Below are positions 55,699 to 64,000 of a stretch of DNA of 64,000 bases, piece by piece. Source of the stretch: Candidatus Hydrogenedentota bacterium. GTDB lineage: Bacteria; Hydrogenedentota; Hydrogenedentia; Hydrogenedentales; SLHB01. Position 1 is the first letter of the stretch; every line of letters starts with the position of its first letter. Below the pieces are notes generated by a model that saw only the letters and a list, made by a program, of their open reading frames with translations, was not told the DNA's origin and did no database searches. Location: contig CAXXYE010000007.1 of NCBI GenBank assembly GCA_963674865.2, positions 1 through 64,000 on the forward strand. Reading direction: 5' to 3'. Made by a program: the position numbers and the translations under genes.

Positions 55699-57429
55699 AT
55701 GAGTGGAGTGTTAAGCGCCGGTGGCCTCATTTCGGGGATTGACACTGCGACTCTCATTGAGCAGCTCGTGGCGCTCGAAAGTGAGCCAATCACACGTATC
55801 GAGGGACAAATCAGTGCGCTCGAGACGGAGAAAGATGCTGTCCGCGAACTGCGTACGTTGCTTCTTACGCTGTACAACCGGGCTCAGGACTTCGTGCTGA
55901 GCAATGTCTTCGACCAATACGGCGCAACCACTAGTGAAGAAGAGGTCATGACAGTGGAAGTGAGCGGGTCCAACCCGGTTGTTGGGGCCTACGAAATCGA
56001 GGTCCTGCAGCTTGCCACCGCCACGGCCGCCTCAAGCAGTGGGGAGTTGGGCGGTGCTATTGATCCGGACGCGGCCCTGAACTCCGCGGGAATCGCCACC
56101 GAGGTCACTGCCGGGGAGTTTATGATCAATGGCGTTACCTTCACGATCGACCCGGACACGCAGAGTCTGAATGATATCCTGGCGGAGATAAACGCGAGTG
56201 CCGCGGGAGTCACTGCCACCTATGATGCGGTAACGGATACGGTTACCTTCGAGAATAGCACTGCCGACGACACCAGCATCATCAACTTCGGGGAAGTGGA
56301 AGACGAGGAAGAGGACAGCAACTTTCTGGAAGTCTTGAATGTCACCGACGCGACTCAATCCACGGGGGGAGCCGGTTCAACGGTGGTGACGAGTACGCGC
56401 AATCTTGGGGCCATTGATGCCGGGGACACCTTGGAAACGGTGAATTTCTCCGAGGGAGCATTAACCTCAGGTACTTTCTACATCAACGGTGTTGAAATTG
56501 AGGTCGACGTTACGCAGGATTCCATAAGCGACGTTCTCGGGGTGATCAACGATTCGGATGCGGGCGTTACGGCCAGCTATGATACGTCAACGGACACGAT
56601 CCGCGTTGTCTCGGATACGCTCGGCAGCCGCACGGTTAAGTTTACCACCGGAACGAGCAACTTCCTGAGCATCGTGAACCTGGACGACGCTGTACAAGAG
56701 GCGGGCAGCGATTGTGAATTTACCATCAACGGAGGGGATGTCGAGACTCGCAATACAAACGAGGTGTCCGACGCTATCGGTGGTGTGACGCTAGACTTCC
56801 TTAGCGAGGGGACGAGTACTGTCAAAATCTCCAGCGACAACGACGCCATCGTTGAGGATATCGAAGAGTTCATTGCGGCTTACAATGAAGTCGTCGCGGC
56901 TATCGACAGCTACATGGGCACCGATGGGACGCTGTCCGGCGATTCGAGTATTCGCACCATTGAAAACTACCTCTGGACCACGATATTCGGGCAAGTGAGC
57001 GGGTCGTCAGGGGCGTACGATACGCTCATATCCATCGGCATTTCGACGGGAGACAGCTTCGATTCCACATCGACCTCCCAACTCGAGCTGGACACGGAGG
57101 AACTGCTTGAGGCATTGCGTGAAGATAGGAGCAGCGTCGAGAGCCTTTTCACCAATGATGATGAGGACGGGATAGCCAATCTATTCAATGACTATTTCCG
57201 CGATGTCACATCGACGACGGGTTTCCTGTATGCGCGGGTGAAGTCTAACGGCACGATTGACCAGAAGATCGAGTCGTATGAGGACCAAATTGAGCGCCTT
57301 GAGGCGCGCATCGAACAGTACGAGGAGCGACTACGCTCTCAATTCACGAATATGGAACTGATGTTGTCCGAGTACGAGGTCATGAGCAGCTCGTTGAGCG
57401 CGCTTTCCAGTTCTTACGGGCTGGTGTAG
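55699..57429 (+). CDS. fliD: Flagellar filament capping protein
   Basis: GLISGIDT..LIEQLV..E, QLAT, NEVSDAIGGVTL, C-terminal coiled coil ending QFTNME; followed by fliS. Confidence 0.9.
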   Translation: MSGVLSAGGLISGIDTATLIEQLVALESEPITRIEGQISALETEKDAVRELRTLLLTLYNRAQDFVLSNVFDQYGATTSEEEVMTVEVSGSNPVVGAYEIEVLQLATATAASSSGELGGAIDPDAALNSAGIATEVTAGEFMINGVTFTIDPDTQSLNDILAEINASAAGVTATYDAVTDTVTFENSTADDTSIINFGEVEDEEEDSNFLEVLNVTDATQSTGGAGSTVVTSTRNLGAIDAGDTLETVNFSEGALTSGTFYINGVEIEVDVTQDSISDVLGVINDSDAGVTASYDTSTDTIRVVSDTLGSRTVKFTTGTSNFLSIVNLDDAVQEAGSDCEFTINGGDVETRNTNEVSDAIGGVTLDFLSEGTSTVKISSDNDAIVEDIEEFIAAYNEVVAAIDSYMGTDGTLSGDSSIRTIENYLWTTIFGQVSGSSGAYDTLISIGISTGDSFDSTSTSQLELDTEELLEALREDRSSVESLFTNDDEDGIANLFNDYFRDVTSTTGFLYARVKSNGTIDQKIESYEDQIERLEARIEQYEERLRSQFTNMELMLSEYEVMSSSLSALSSSYGLV

Positions 57430-57533
57430 GGCGGGTTCCCGATGGCGCAGTCGCCCAAGTTTGAGGCGCCGCGTGGGCATTTGCAGTACAATGACCTGGT
57501 GGATGTTAGGCGAATCGAGGAAGGAGCTTTACA

Positions 57534-57974
57534 ATGAGTTCTTCGGCCAATCTTGGCGCCTACAAGAAGGTTGATATTGAGACGGCCTCTCAAGGCAAGC
57601 TCATCGTGATGCTCTTCAACGGCGCTATTCAGCGAGCCGAAGAAGCCAAGCGTCAACTTGTCAAGCGCCGGTTTGAGGGCGTGCACAACAACCTCGTCCG
57701 CGCCCAAGAGATTATCGCCGAGCTTCGGGGGGCGCTCAACATGAAGGTTGGCAACTTGGCCCATGAGCTCGACCGTGTCTATGAGTACTTCCAGCACCTG
57801 CTTATCAAGGCCAATATCCGAAAGGACGCCGCTCCTATCGACGAGTGTATTCAGCTTATGGCATCCGTCAGGGATACATGGCAGGAAGCTTTCGACAATC
57901 TCGGCCAAGCCGAAACCTCGGCGTCTCCCAAGATCAACCAACACGGCTCCGCCGTGATGGATATTCAAGGCTAA
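57534..57974 (+). CDS. fliS: Flagellin chaperone
   Basis: YKKVDIETAS..KLIVMLFNGAI, AQEIIAEL, LDRVYEY, DTW. Confidence 0.93.
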   Translation: MSSSANLGAYKKVDIETASQGKLIVMLFNGAIQRAEEAKRQLVKRRFEGVHNNLVRAQEIIAELRGALNMKVGNLAHELDRVYEYFQHLLIKANIRKDAAPIDECIQLMASVRDTWQEAFDNLGQAETSASPKINQHGSAVMDIQG

Positions 57975-58190
57975 AGCCACATTCCCGCGCCTGACGTGCG
58001 CCATCTGGCGTCTTTCCGGTAGTCGGCCTTATCCTGCTGTCAGGCCTCGCCTTGGGGGATATTCCCTTCATTAAGCACCCGCCCTTTGTCAAGACGCTTG
58101 ACTTCTTCGATAGCGGCATGGTATTACGATATCGAAAATCGTAATACCGATTCGCTAGTGATCTTTGCATTGTGATGAAAGGGTAACTCC

Positions 58191-59189
58191 ATGGTATTCC
58201 CGCGTTCCAGATACGCTACCTGTAGCAGCGGTTTTACACTCATCGAGCTTCTTGTCGTCATTGCGATCATAGGTATTCTGACGGCGATACTGCTGCCCGC
58301 GCTGGATCGTGCTCGGGAGTCGGCCCAACGAGCCGCCTGTGCCAGTAATCTTAGGCAGTTCGGACTGTCGTATGCGATGTACGCGGAGGAGGCGGCGGGC
58401 TACTACCCACCCATGTCGCCGTTTGCGAACCCGGGCGGCGTGCCGATGTTTGCGTCGGCGGACGGCAATGCGCTCTATCCTGAGTATCTTCCAGATCTTA
58501 AGGTGTCCCAGTGTCCGTCAGACCTCATTATGGACGGCGAGGGAGCCTATGTGGTGGGCCGCCTTCCAGACGGGAGTATCGAGGGACATATCGAGGCAGC
58601 CACGAAGCGTCGTGACAAGCTCAGCCAACGGTATTTCTTGTCTGCAGCGCTTGGACGCTCCTACTGGTACCACGGCTACGCCATGACGAACGTGGAAGAG
58701 TTCTACGGCGTCTGGAACGGGACGGGCAGTCAGCCGGTTTTGGATTCGCTGGCGGGAGGTACGGTGGTGGGGACCAGCCCGGTCTTCATGCCGATGGGAC
58801 TCAAGGACTGGACGGGCGACATTAAGCTGGACGAATCGTCGAAGCTGGCTTGGACGGCCATCTTGGGAACGGGCTTGGCTGGCGGCGACAAGGTCTACCG
58901 ATTGCGCAAAGGGGTCCAAAAATACCTTATCACTGATGTCAACGATCCGGCGTCCTCGACCCGCGCCGAAGGGCAGATCCCGGTTATGTTCGACACTTTT
59001 GGAGCTTTTTCGCAGGAGGATGCAACGGCCGGCGGGGTGGTGTATAACCACTTGCCGGGGGGCTGCAACGTGTTGTATCTGGATGGCCACGTGGAGTTCG
59101 TCCGGTATCGGACGCGATTCCCGATTCTATCCGATGCGGAGAACGGCTACGGCCTTATCCGCCAGGTGGGACACTACGGACTCCAATAG
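58191..59189 (+). CDS. DUF1559-type prepilin N-terminal cleavage/methylation protein with H-X9-DG C-terminal motif
   Basis: [32 protein letters not shown] and [16 protein letters not shown]. Confidence 0.9.
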   Translation: MVFPRSRYATCSSGFTLIELLVVIAIIGILTAILLPALDRARESAQRAACASNLRQFGLSYAMYAEEAAGYYPPMSPFANPGGVPMFASADGNALYPEYLPDLKVSQCPSDLIMDGEGAYVVGRLPDGSIEGHIEAATKRRDKLSQRYFLSAALGRSYWYHGYAMTNVEEFYGVWNGTGSQPVLDSLAGGTVVGTSPVFMPMGLKDWTGDIKLDESSKLAWTAILGTGLAGGDKVYRLRKGVQKYLITDVNDPASSTRAEGQIPVMFDTFGAFSQEDATAGGVVYNHLPGGCNVLYLDGHVEFVRYRTRFPILSDAENGYGLIRQVGHYGLQ

Positions 59190-59435
59190 CTCCGGGGAAG
59201 TCCGTCTATGAGAATCTTCATTCTTTCCGCCGGCCGTGGGTGGTGAGCCTTCCATGAGTTTCGCGTCGCGGAGCCATTGGTTTCCAGACGCGTATCCTGG
59301 CATCTGTGCCATACAGAGCATCGGGGGATATCCAGAGTAGCGGATTGCGGGGCAATCGAGTATGCTCATAGCGATGAACACGCTACGCTGGGAAACGAAT
59401 GCGCCGTCAGCCGAGGGGGGCGTGTAGATTCTCTT

Positions 59436-60842
59436 ATGAAGGTCCTCCTATTGAATCCGCCCGGCCCCTACTGCCGGGCCGGGTCGCGCTGGCCACACCG
59501 CCGCAAGAGCGAGGGGGTAGGCATCGACTACCATCCGTTCCCATTCGGGCTGGCATATGCCACGTCGCGGTTGTTGGCGGATGGCCACGAGGCCAAGCTC
59601 GTAGATTGCATCGCCACAAGAACGACGGATAGCGAACTTCAAACCGTCGCCTCCGAGTTTGGCCCCGATATCGTCTTCATGGAGACAAGCGCGCCGAGTT
59701 TCCGGGCAGATATTGAGACGATGCGCACTCTGGGTGTGCCATGTCTGGCCGGAGGGGCGCATGCTACTGCTACGGCCAAGGTTCATTTGGATGCGGGCTT
59801 TTCGGGCGTCATTCGCGGCGAATACGATCAGGTGATTTCGGAGGCCGTTGCACTATCGCCCCGCCCCTGGCTTGCGACGCCGGAGGCGCCTGACGCCGGG
59901 CACGCGCCTCTCGCGGACGACCTTGACGCGATTCCGTATCCGCCGTGGCGCATGATGCCGATGGAGAGGTACAACGACCCAATCTGTGTGGGCCGTTCGG
60001 TAACGGTTCTAAGCACGCGCGGATGCGCGATGCGCTGCGGTTTCTGCACGCTGGCGCCCTTCTATGGCAAGCACAATTACCGACGGCGCGATCCGGCCAG
60101 CGTGTGCGACGAGATAGACGTGCTCATCCGTGAATACCATCCGGACGAGATCTATTTCGACGACGATTCGATCACGTTGGATCGGCGCCATATTCTGGCG
60201 CTCTGTGAGGCGATAGAGGAGCGGCGTTGGGGGATTCCCTTCTGCTGTATGGGCAATGCTCCCGTGGAGCGCGATGTACTCGAAGCCATGGCTTCGGCGG
60301 GGTGTCGGGCGTTCAAGTTCGGCGTAGAGAGCGCCGATCCGGAAGTGCTTGGGCGTATCCCCAAGCCCGTCGCTCCGGCGGATGTGGTGCGCACCGCTCG
60401 GAACTGCAAGGAACTGGGCATCCTTACGCACGCGACATTTCTTCTAGGACTGCCGGGGGAAAACCGTGAGAGTGCTTTACGAACGATAGACTTCGCGTTG
60501 CGTCTGGGCGCGCACACCCTTCAGTTTGCCATTGTTACGCCGTATCCCGGGACGGTCCTTTACGAGCAGGCGAAGGAGAACGGCTGGCTGGTAAGGGAGG
60601 ACTGGGCCGACTTCGATCCGGCCGGCCAGGCCGTCTTGTCCTATCCCGATTACAATTCCGAGACTATCGCCGAGATGCACGACCTTGCTTGGCGGCGGTG
60701 GCAGTGGCACATGGCGACCCGCCGCCCTGCCACCCTATGGCATCATTTCCGGAACGCGCTGCGGCGCGAGGGCGTGGGCGGAGTGTTTCGCTTAGGCCGG
60801 TACGGGCTTTTCCGCGCGTTGCGCGTGCTGAGGTCGCATTGA
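59436..60842 (+). CDS. B12-binding domain radical SAM protein
   Basis: LLLNPP, GGAHAT, RGEYD, TRGCAMRCGFC, FDDD, FGVES, TPYPGT. Confidence 0.9.
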   Translation: MKVLLLNPPGPYCRAGSRWPHRRKSEGVGIDYHPFPFGLAYATSRLLADGHEAKLVDCIATRTTDSELQTVASEFGPDIVFMETSAPSFRADIETMRTLGVPCLAGGAHATATAKVHLDAGFSGVIRGEYDQVISEAVALSPRPWLATPEAPDAGHAPLADDLDAIPYPPWRMMPMERYNDPICVGRSVTVLSTRGCAMRCGFCTLAPFYGKHNYRRRDPASVCDEIDVLIREYHPDEIYFDDDSITLDRRHILALCEAIEERRWGIPFCCMGNAPVERDVLEAMASAGCRAFKFGVESADPEVLGRIPKPVAPADVVRTARNCKELGILTHATFLLGLPGENRESALRTIDFALRLGAHTLQFAIVTPYPGTVLYEQAKENGWLVREDWADFDPAGQAVLSYPDYNSETIAEMHDLAWRRWQWHMATRRPATLWHHFRNALRREGVGGVFRLGRYGLFRALRVLRSH

Positions 60843-62137
60843 TGAGAGTCGCCCTGATCAACCCGTCGGCACCGGCGGCGCTGAAGAAGGAGAACCTGGG
60901 ACTCGCCTATCTGGCTGCGTCGCTCCAACAGGCAGGGCATCAAACCTGTATAGTCGACGAGATTGCCGGGCAGAAGGTGGAGGAAGCCCTGGCTGCCTTC
61001 AGGCCTGACCTCGCGGGTATCTCGTTCATGACGATGTACGCGCCGCGCGCCTACGCCCTGGCGACGGCGATCCGGAAGAACCGCGGCATCCCGATTGTCT
61101 TCGGCGGCACGCATCCGACGGCGTTGCCGCAGGAGGCACTTCAATACGCGGATTGTGTGGTGCGAGGCGAGGGTGAAATCGCGTTGCCCAGACTCTTGGA
61201 CGCAGGGCGCATCGAAGGCGTTGTCGAGGCGGAGCCACCCGAAGATCTGGACGCCCTGCCGCTGCCCGACCGTTCGCAGCTCGATCTTGCGTTCTACGCG
61301 GGGGCCGGGGAGGAGTTGGCCGGGCTGTCCTACCGGACGTTGGGCGTGATCACCTCGCGAGGATGTCCCTTTCGCTGTGACTTCTGTGTCAACTCGAAGC
61401 GCAGCACCACGCTCCGCTTCCACAGCCCGGCGCGTGTCGTCGAAGAGGTCCGCTACCTCGCGGACAGGCATCACATTGAGAGTATCGCATTCTACGATGA
61501 GCTGATGGCAACGGACACGGAGCGTTTCCGGACCATCTGTGAGGAAATGATCCGCGCGGGTTTGAACCGATTGCGCTGGGAGTGTCAGATGCACCCCCGC
61601 ACCATCCGCGAGGATCTCTTGCCTCTGATGAAGCGGGCCGGATGTGTTCAGGTGGCCGTCGGATTCGAGAGCGGTAGCCAGCGCATCTTGGAGCGTATTC
61701 ACAAGAGTACCAATGTTGAGGAGAATATTGCGGCGGCATGCAAGGTGCGCGAGGCGGGACTTCGGCTTCGCGGGTGCTTTGTCTTCGGCGTGCCGGGCGA
61801 AACACGCGGCGATATCCGCAAGACGGAGGACTTTGTCAAGACCGCGAAGCCTGACTTCGTCTCGATGCATTTCCTGACGCCGCTGCCCGGAACCGCCCTG
61901 TTTGACGATTTCGAAGAGGAGATTGCCGCGGCGCGGATTCCCTGGGATACGTTCACCTCGGGCAATCCGGACACGTTCCAGTGCAACGGCGAGATATCCC
62001 GGGAGGAGCAGAAACGGCTTTTCGAGAAGATGACCGCCCGCTTCGCGTTCCGCAACTATGGGTTGGGCGACATGATTCGCCGGGCCTTGAAGAATCCGCG
62101 CCATGCGCTCCACGTTGCCGGCAAACTCCTGCGGTAA
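60842..62137 (+). CDS. B12-binding domain radical SAM protein (second copy)
   Basis: LGLAYLAA, GGTHPT, GEGE, SRGCPFRCDFC, GFESGS, TPLPGT; TGATG overlap with the previous gene. Confidence 0.9.
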   Translation: MRVALINPSAPAALKKENLGLAYLAASLQQAGHQTCIVDEIAGQKVEEALAAFRPDLAGISFMTMYAPRAYALATAIRKNRGIPIVFGGTHPTALPQEALQYADCVVRGEGEIALPRLLDAGRIEGVVEAEPPEDLDALPLPDRSQLDLAFYAGAGEELAGLSYRTLGVITSRGCPFRCDFCVNSKRSTTLRFHSPARVVEEVRYLADRHHIESIAFYDELMATDTERFRTICEEMIRAGLNRLRWECQMHPRTIREDLLPLMKRAGCVQVAVGFESGSQRILERIHKSTNVEENIAAACKVREAGLRLRGCFVFGVPGETRGDIRKTEDFVKTAKPDFVSMHFLTPLPGTALFDDFEEEIAAARIPWDTFTSGNPDTFQCNGEISREEQKRLFEKMTARFAFRNYGLGDMIRRALKNPRHALHVAGKLLR

Positions 62138-62238
62138 GCGGCCCGAGGAGAGTCCGGCGGCAATGCGGCCGGTTTGCATCGGCCCTGCTAGGGCCATTAG
62201 ATTTGGGTGGGAGAAGCGTAGGAACGGCGGATGACTCG

Positions 62239-62934
62239 ATGAAATATGCCGAGAAATACGAGCAGTGCTGCCTGGATGCGCCGGGTGTGCTTCAACGCTG
62301 GTTTATCAATCTGCTGGCGCGCAAGGCCCACGCGTTGGGCCAGAAAGGCCACAAGATCTGGTCCTTGAAGTACGTCCTGGAAACGTATTGTTCCGGACAG
62401 ACGGGGCTACGCGTGCTGGACTGTGGCGCATGGAATGGCTGGTTCTTGAGCTACGATACTCCGGCCCTCGCGCAGCGGATTGCCCTCGATTTCGACGACC
62501 ACTTCGCCAAGGAAATGCGTGCCGAAGGCATCGAGTTTGTGCTTGCTGATATGGAGAAGGGCGCTTTTCCCTTCGCGGCGTCATCCATGGACATGGTTAG
62601 CATGACGAGCACGCTCGAGCACCTCGGCCGCCCGGAGCACATCGCGACGGAGATCGGCCGCGTTCTGCGGCCCGGAGGGCTTGTCTTCGTAACGGTGCCC
62701 GACATCATGAAGTACAAGTTCCGCTTCTGGGATGATGTCACGCACAAACGTCCCTTCAACGCCAAGTCGCTGCGATTTCTGTTTGAAACGCACGGATTCG
62801 AGACGATTATATTGTGTCCTTACAATCATAACCTGTTCATTGCCGGAAACCTGTTCCCGAAGGCAATACACCGCGTCTTGATGTGTTTCCGCGGGAACGC
62901 CCTGATGTACGTCGGCAGAAGGGTAGGTGCATGA
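62239..62934 (+). CDS. Class I SAM-dependent methyltransferase
   Basis: VLDCGAWNG, LEHL, RVLRPGG..FVTVP, DVTH. Confidence 0.85.
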   Translation: MKYAEKYEQCCLDAPGVLQRWFINLLARKAHALGQKGHKIWSLKYVLETYCSGQTGLRVLDCGAWNGWFLSYDTPALAQRIALDFDDHFAKEMRAEGIEFVLADMEKGAFPFAASSMDMVSMTSTLEHLGRPEHIATEIGRVLRPGGLVFVTVPDIMKYKFRFWDDVTHKRPFNAKSLRFLFETHGFETIILCPYNHNLFIAGNLFPKAIHRVLMCFRGNALMYVGRRVGA

Positions 62935-62988
62935 TCGACGCGAGGTCCATGGACGCAAACGAATGTCCCCTATGGGGGAGCGCGCGCG

Positions 62989-63714
62989 ATGGAGATTAGG
63001 GGGAAGAACATCCTCATTACGGGGGCCTCCAGGGGTATTGGACGCTACCTCGCTACCTACCTTGCGCCGAAGGCAGCCATGCTCGTTCTCGCCGCCCGCG
63101 ATGTTGCTCAACTCCAGATAACGGCAGTTGAAGTCCGAAAGGCGGGTGGGCAGTGCCTGGTGCAGCCTTGCGATTTATGTGAACCAGCGACGCTTGACAT
63201 GCTGGCGCAGGCGGGCCGGGAACAGGCGGGCGGCGTGGATATCCTGATCAATAACGCCGCCGACGTGACATCGAAGCCCTTTCTCGACACTTCGGCGGAC
63301 GAAATTGAGCGTCTGATTCGCACGAACGTCATTGGCCCCCTCCAATTGGCGCGACTGATTGCGCCGATGATGCTGGCGCGCGGCGGGGGAATGATCGTGA
63401 ATATCTCGTCTTTGGCAGGTTGTAAGCCTAATCCCACTCAGACCGTCTACAGTATCTCGAAGGCGGCGGTAAACGGTATGTCCGAGGCGCTGCGGCAGGA
63501 GTTCCGAGGTGCGGGCATCAATGTGATGAACGTGGCACTGGGGTCCATTGCGGTGGCGGCGCCGGAGGGAAGAGGCCGGTATCCCGTGGCGGTGTTTGCC
63601 CGTAAGCTCGAACGAGCGATCACGCGCGAGGAGCCCGAAGTCTATCTTTCGCCCGTGACAAAATGGCTGATGCGCGTGTACAGGGCCTGTCCGTTCCTCA
63701 TGCAGCTTCGCTGA
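62989..63714 (+). CDS. SDR family oxidoreductase
   Basis: TGASRGIG, INNAA, NISS, YSISK. Confidence 0.9.
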   Translation: MEIRGKNILITGASRGIGRYLATYLAPKAAMLVLAARDVAQLQITAVEVRKAGGQCLVQPCDLCEPATLDMLAQAGREQAGGVDILINNAADVTSKPFLDTSADEIERLIRTNVIGPLQLARLIAPMMLARGGGMIVNISSLAGCKPNPTQTVYSISKAAVNGMSEALRQEFRGAGINVMNVALGSIAVAAPEGRGRYPVAVFARKLERAITREEPEVYLSPVTKWLMRVYRACPFLMQLR

Positions 63715-63745
63715 GGCGACTCAGGGCCTTCGCCCTACGTCCAGT

Positions 63746-63853
63746 TCACGACTCTTCCTGGGACAGAAACGGCGCGATAATCGCCATCACAATCACAAAG
63801 AAGAACTCGATGAAGGATTCATAGATGTGCGAAAAGAGTCCTGCGAACCACAT
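63746..63853 (-). CDS. 35 aa hydrophobic small protein (absent from the ORF track)
   Basis: AAGGAGG-N7-ATG; MWFAGLFSHIYESFIEFFFVIVMAIIAPFLSQEES*. Confidence 0.55.
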   Translation of the reverse strand: MWFAGLFSHIYESFIEFFFVIVMAIIAPFLSQEES

Positions 63854-64000
63854 GGCGTGTCCTCCTTGGTCTATGGCTAGAGGATACGTGAAGCGCGCAG
63901 GGCCTTTCACCTTCGGCGCCGCCAAAAAGCCGCCCTGCCCACTGACGCCGCACGGTACTGAACCTAGCCAAGCGAGCCAGCTGTGCTATACTGCGTCAGA

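Overview
GC-rich bacterial DNA that appears to be two unrelated segments joined at about 10,255. The left segment (1-10.25 kb) holds an lptC/A-lptB-rpoN-hpf-ptsN-hprK-EIIA-ptsH-ptsI cluster, a nucleotidyltransferase, a flippase-like gene and the 3' half of nadB. Most of its longer genes are broken by small frameshifts, probably sequencing errors. The right segment (10.25-64 kb) has intact ORFs: a 5'-truncated addB, addA, yraN, scpA, sugar-catabolic genes (FGE/Asp-box fusion, GH4, two GH2), gmd, argC/argJ/argB, exbBD, pilC/gspF, fliD-fliS with a sigma-28-like promoter, a DUF1559 prepilin-like gene, and two tandem B12-binding radical SAM genes with a methyltransferase and an SDR. Gene content of the right segment suggests a Hydrogenedentota/PVC-like host (inference only). 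The standout is at 29.8-33.8 kb. A single-pass DUF2207-like membrane protein ends in a Cys/His tetrapeptide array (CHDA-(CHSA)x6-CVSGGSH, six synonymously diverged DNA copies). One nucleotide after its stop begins an RRE-like/radical SAM/SPASM enzyme, followed by an overlapping membrane protein gene. This is a candidate system in which a peptide-maturase-type radical SAM modifies the cytoplasmic tail of a membrane protein. No rRNA, tRNA, CRISPR array or transposase was recognised. All family assignments come from motif recognition by eye, not database searches.
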